Of a stretch of DNA of 46,848 bases, positions 43,754-46,848 are shown piece after piece (within the stretch, counting starts at the first letter, position 1; each line of letters opens with the position of its first letter). The notes under the pieces were generated by a model. The model ran no database searches. It was not told the origin of the DNA and saw only the letters and a list, made by a program, of their open reading frames with translations. Source of the stretch: Actinomycetes bacterium (lineage in GTDB: Bacteria > Actinomycetota > CALGFH01); NCBI GenBank assembly GCA_045807325.1, contig JBJMHP010000195.1, positions 1 to 46,848 on the forward strand, given 5' to 3'. A program made the translations under genes and the position numbers.

Positions 43754-44518
43754 ATGGACCAGCTCGCCCGTACCCTGCTCGGCCTGCTGCTGCTGGCCGC
43801 CGTGGCCTGTGTGGTGCCGCTGGTCGACGGCGTCCGCCAGGCCCGGGCGGTGCTGTGGTCGGCCAGCCGGGGAGCGGCCCAGCTGCTGGCCGTCGGGCTG
43901 CTGCTCGGGGCGGTGTTCCGGGCCCCGCTGGCCGTGCTGCCGGTGCTGTTGGTGATGGTGGCGGCGGCGACCGTGACCGTCGCCCCTCGCCTGGCCGGGC
44001 TGCCCGCGCTCGGCCGCTGGCGCCGGCCGGTGGCGGCGGCCGCGGCCGTCACCAGCGGCGCGGCCGTGACCCTGACGGTGGTGTTCGCCACCGGGGCGCT
44101 GCCGCTGGGGGTCCGCAACCTGGTGGCCGTGGGCGGCATCACCGTCGGCGGGGCGATGACCGCCTCGACCCTGGCCGGCCGCCGTTTCGTGGCCGAGCTG
44201 GACGCCCGCCGGGCCGAGGTCGAGGGCAAGCTGGCCCTGGGCGCGACCATGCGCCAGGCCACCGCCGACCTGGTCGCCGTGGCGGTCGCCGAGGCCCTGG
44301 TGCCGGCGCTGGACCAGACCCGCACCACCGGCCTGGTCACCCTCCCGGGAGCGTTCGTGGGCGCCCTGTTCGGCGGGGCCAGCCCGCTCCAGGCGGCCCG
44401 GTTCCAGCTGGTGGTGCTGGTCGGGCTGCTGGCCGCCGAGAGCGTGGCCGCGGTGGTGCTGCTGCGGCTGCTGGCCGCGGTGCCGTTCCTGCCGGCGCCG
44501 GCCGGCGTGCGACCCTGA
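43754..44518 (+). CDS. UPF0014/FetB-like ABC transporter permease
   Basis: RGAAQL, EVEGKLALGAT and LDQTRTTGLVTLPGAFVG..FGGASP.QAARFQ. Confidence 0.85.
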   Translation: MDQLARTLLGLLLLAAVACVVPLVDGVRQARAVLWSASRGAAQLLAVGLLLGAVFRAPLAVLPVLLVMVAAATVTVAPRLAGLPALGRWRRPVAAAAAVTSGAAVTLTVVFATGALPLGVRNLVAVGGITVGGAMTASTLAGRRFVAELDARRAEVEGKLALGATMRQATADLVAVAVAEALVPALDQTRTTGLVTLPGAFVGALFGGASPLQAARFQLVVLVGLLAAESVAAVVLLRLLAAVPFLPAPAGVRP

Positions 44519-44551
44519 ACCAGGCTTCAGCGTCGTTCAGGGTCCGCTCAG
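44512..44551. promoter_or_regulatory. Inverted repeat plus three phased TCAG direct repeats
   Basis: ACCCTGAAC/GTTCAGGGT inverted repeat; TTCAG at 44526 and 44536, CTCAG at 44547. Confidence 0.35.
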
Positions 44552-44629
44552 GTCGGCCGGCGCAACCTCCGGCCCGGGATTCGGTCGGCCGCACCGGGCG
44601 GCCGGCGGCCCGCGACCAAGGAGACGCCG

Positions 44630-45385
44630 ATGCTGGGACGCGCGTGGAGGTTCCTGGGGGTGGCCGCGCTGGCGGCCGCCGCGCTGGGGGTGGTCCCGGC
44701 GCCCGCGGCCGCGACGGGCTCCGCCTGCCATCTGCCGAAGTTCGGGCCCGGCCGCAGCTACCACCCCCACATCAACCCGGCCGACTTCAGCCCCAACGTC
44801 ACCAACCGGTACTTCCCCCTGACCCCGGGCCGGACCCTGGTCTCCACCGGCACCAAGGACGGCAAGAAGGCGCTCGACCTGTTCGCCGCCACCTCAAGGA
44901 CCCGGGTGATCGCCGGGGTGCGGACCCGGGTGGTCGAGGACCGGCTGTACCTGAGCAACGTGCTCGAGGAGCGGACCAGCGACTACTACGCCCAGGACCG
45001 CTGCGGCAACGTCTGGTACTTCGGGGAGGACACGGCCACCCTCGACCGCAAGGGCAAGGTGGTCGACACCGAGGGCACCTGGCACGCCGGGGTCGACGGC
45101 GCCCAGCCGGGCGTGTTCATGCAGGCGCACCCGCAGCGCGGGCGCAGGTTCCGGCAGGAGTGGTACCAGGGCCACGCCGAGGACGTGTTCAAGGTGGTCG
45201 ACCGTTGGGCGGCGGTCACGGTGCCCCACGGCCGGTTCCGGCACGCCCTTCGGACCGCGGAGTGGACCGCCCTGGAGCCGGAGGTCCTGGACAACAAGCT
45301 CTACGTCGCCGGCATCGGGCAGGTGGCCGAGGTGTCGGTCAAGGGCCCGCGCGAGGGCCTCCGCCTGGTCGAGATCATCTCCTGA
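44630..45385 (+). CDS. Secreted protein of unknown function
   Basis: Signal peptide (AAALGVVPAPAAA), then TNRYFPL, DYYAQD..GNVWYFGE and W.AGVDGAQPG. RBS AAGGAG. Confidence 0.78.
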   Translation: MLGRAWRFLGVAALAAAALGVVPAPAAATGSACHLPKFGPGRSYHPHINPADFSPNVTNRYFPLTPGRTLVSTGTKDGKKALDLFAATSRTRVIAGVRTRVVEDRLYLSNVLEERTSDYYAQDRCGNVWYFGEDTATLDRKGKVVDTEGTWHAGVDGAQPGVFMQAHPQRGRRFRQEWYQGHAEDVFKVVDRWAAVTVPHGRFRHALRTAEWTALEPEVLDNKLYVAGIGQVAEVSVKGPREGLRLVEIIS

Positions 45386-45462
45386 CCGCGAGGCGCCATG
45401 CACCACACGGCTTCGACCGGTCCTGGGCGCGGTAGGCTCGTGCCGGGCGTCGAGGAGGAGCG

Positions 45463-46224
45463 GTGGCCGACCACTTGCCGAGGATCGCGGTTGTCACCGG
45501 GGCCGGGAGCGGCATCGGGGCGGCGGTCGCGCACGCCCTGGCCGGCAACGGCTGGGCCGTGGTGCTGGCCGGCCGCCGCCCCCAGGCGCTGGCGTCGGTG
45601 GCCGAGCGGGGCGCCGAGCTGGCCGGGGCGCTCGACCCGGTCCCCACCGACGTCACCGACGAGGCGTCGGTGCGGGCGCTGTTCGACCGGACGGTCGAGC
45701 GGCATCGCCGCGTGGATCTCCTCTTCAACAACGCCGGCGCCTGGCCACCGGCCCGCGAGCTCGACACCGTCCCCCTCAGCGAGTGGAACGCCACGGTGGC
45801 GGTGAACCTCACCGGCGCCTTCCTCTGCACCCGCGAGGCGTTCCGGGTGATGCGCCACCAGCAGCCCCGCGGCGGCCGCATCATCAACAACGGCTCCATC
45901 TCCGCCCACGCCCCCCGCCCCCAGTCGGTCGCCTACACCGCCACCAAGCACGCCATCACCGGCCTGACCAGATCGACGTCCCTCGACGGACGCGCCCACG
46001 ACATCGCCTGCGGCCAGATCGACATCGGCAACGCCGCCACCGACATGACCGAGGCCATGACCGCCGGCGTCCCCCAACCCGACGCGACCCTCCGCCCCGA
46101 GCCCCGCATGGACGTGGCCGACGTCGCCCGCGCCGTCCTCTACATGGCCGAGCTCCCTCTCGACGCCAACGTCGCCACCATGACCGTCATGGCCACCAAG
46201 ATGCCCTTCGTCGGCCGCGGCTGA
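45463..46224 (+). CDS. SDR-family oxidoreductase
   Basis: [23 protein letters not shown] and QIDIGNA. Confidence 0.93.
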   Translation: MADHLPRIAVVTGAGSGIGAAVAHALAGNGWAVVLAGRRPQALASVAERGAELAGALDPVPTDVTDEASVRALFDRTVERHRRVDLLFNNAGAWPPARELDTVPLSEWNATVAVNLTGAFLCTREAFRVMRHQQPRGGRIINNGSISAHAPRPQSVAYTATKHAITGLTRSTSLDGRAHDIACGQIDIGNAATDMTEAMTAGVPQPDATLRPEPRMDVADVARAVLYMAELPLDANVATMTVMATKMPFVGRG

Positions 46225-46239
46225 GCAGGCCGTTGCCAG

Positions 46240-46848
46240 TCAGAACGGCTGGAAGTGCTCGAAGGCCGGCTCGAATGGAGGGTCGGGCAAGCGGAGCGCC
46301 AGGAGGCGTGCGCGTCCGGTCTGAGCGTCGATCGTGCCGCTGTCGAAGGCGCCCGGGACGACGCGCCACCCCATGTTCAGCTCGAAGTAGCGTGCCGCGC
46401 TGCGGACCGGGGGCCACCAGTGGTCGTCCAGAACGACGATTCCGCCGGGCCGAACGAGCTTGCGGAGGAAAGAGAGATCAACGAATACCTCGTGGAACCG
46501 ATGGCTGCCGTCCACGAACGCCGCATCGGCGGCGAGGCCCTCGGCGACGAGCTGTGGCAGCGCCATTGACGAGGGCCGGAGGACCAGCCTGGCGATCGTG
46601 TCGAGCCCGGCGGATCGCAGTAGCTGCCATCCGACGTTCGACCATTCCGTGGCCTGCAGCGGATCGATGATGACGTGGAGCGGCCGCCCTGCACCGACGG
46701 AGATCAGCGCCTCCCCGATGGCGAGCGCCGAGCGACCGTAGGCCAGGCCAACCTCAACGACCGTCTCGGCACCCTCGGCGATCAGCAGGTCGCGGAGGGC
46801 ATCGCAATCGCGCTCGGGGACCGTGACCACATCGAAGTCGTCGGCATG
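46240..46848 (-). CDS. Class I SAM-dependent methyltransferase (Methyltransf_24-like), 5' partial
   Basis: VVEVGLAYG, IIDP, AAFVDGSH and PGGIVVLDD. Frame is open to the window end. Confidence 0.8.
   Translation of the reverse strand, partial: HADDFDVVTVPERDCDALRDLLIAEGAETVVEVGLAYGRSALAIGEALISVGAGRPLHVIIDPLQATEWSNVGWQLLRSAGLDTIARLVLRPSSMALPQLVAEGLAADAAFVDGSHRFHEVFVDLSFLRKLVRPGGIVVLDDHWWPPVRSAARYFELNMGWRVVPGAFDSGTIDAQTGRARLLALRLPDPPFEPAFEHFQPF

Noticed and set aside
46240-46848. Slightly lower-GC methyltransferase as an island boundary
   Set aside because: The gene is truncated by the window, no mobility signatures are visible, and the composition shift was not quantified.

Overview
Very GC-rich, densely coding actinobacterial chromosome segment, apparently from a draft or metagenomic assembly. 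It has about 45 genes and no rRNA, tRNA, CRISPR array or transposase that I can see. Left part: an Asp aminotransferase, a MarR-MFS pair, a ClpC N-domain-only protein, and the conserved ddl / transsulfuration enzyme / plsC / cofC / cold-shock / HU block. Next come a MarR gene followed by a divergent MetRS, a cNMP-binding protein coupled to a membrane GAF-class III cyclase, and a TetR-hydrolase pair. A ~10 kb minus-strand aromatic-CoA catabolic cluster follows: benzoate-CoA ligase family enzyme, PaaA/B/B/C/split-D-like diiron epoxidase without PaaE, amidohydrolase, crotonase, two ALDHs and a TetR with two candidate operators. The right half holds a degenerate Cas4/AddB-like protein, otsA, a two-component system with hydrolase and acyltransferase, and a lactonase / hydroxyacid-oxoacid transhydrogenase / FAD-FeS dehydrogenase operon. 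Most notable: (1) a stand-alone Rad52-family annealase and a gene with a ~155-nt highly structured leader, both behind RecA-NDp/PafBC-like DNA-damage promoter motifs; (2) a short palindromic element family that inserts into genes, including a 63-bp in-frame insertion with an 8-bp direct repeat in metG; (3) the Paa-like/benzoate-CoA hybrid pathway; (4) the cyclase-cNMP effector pair. Scattered A>C/T>G substitutions look like sequencing error, so single-residue oddities need caution.
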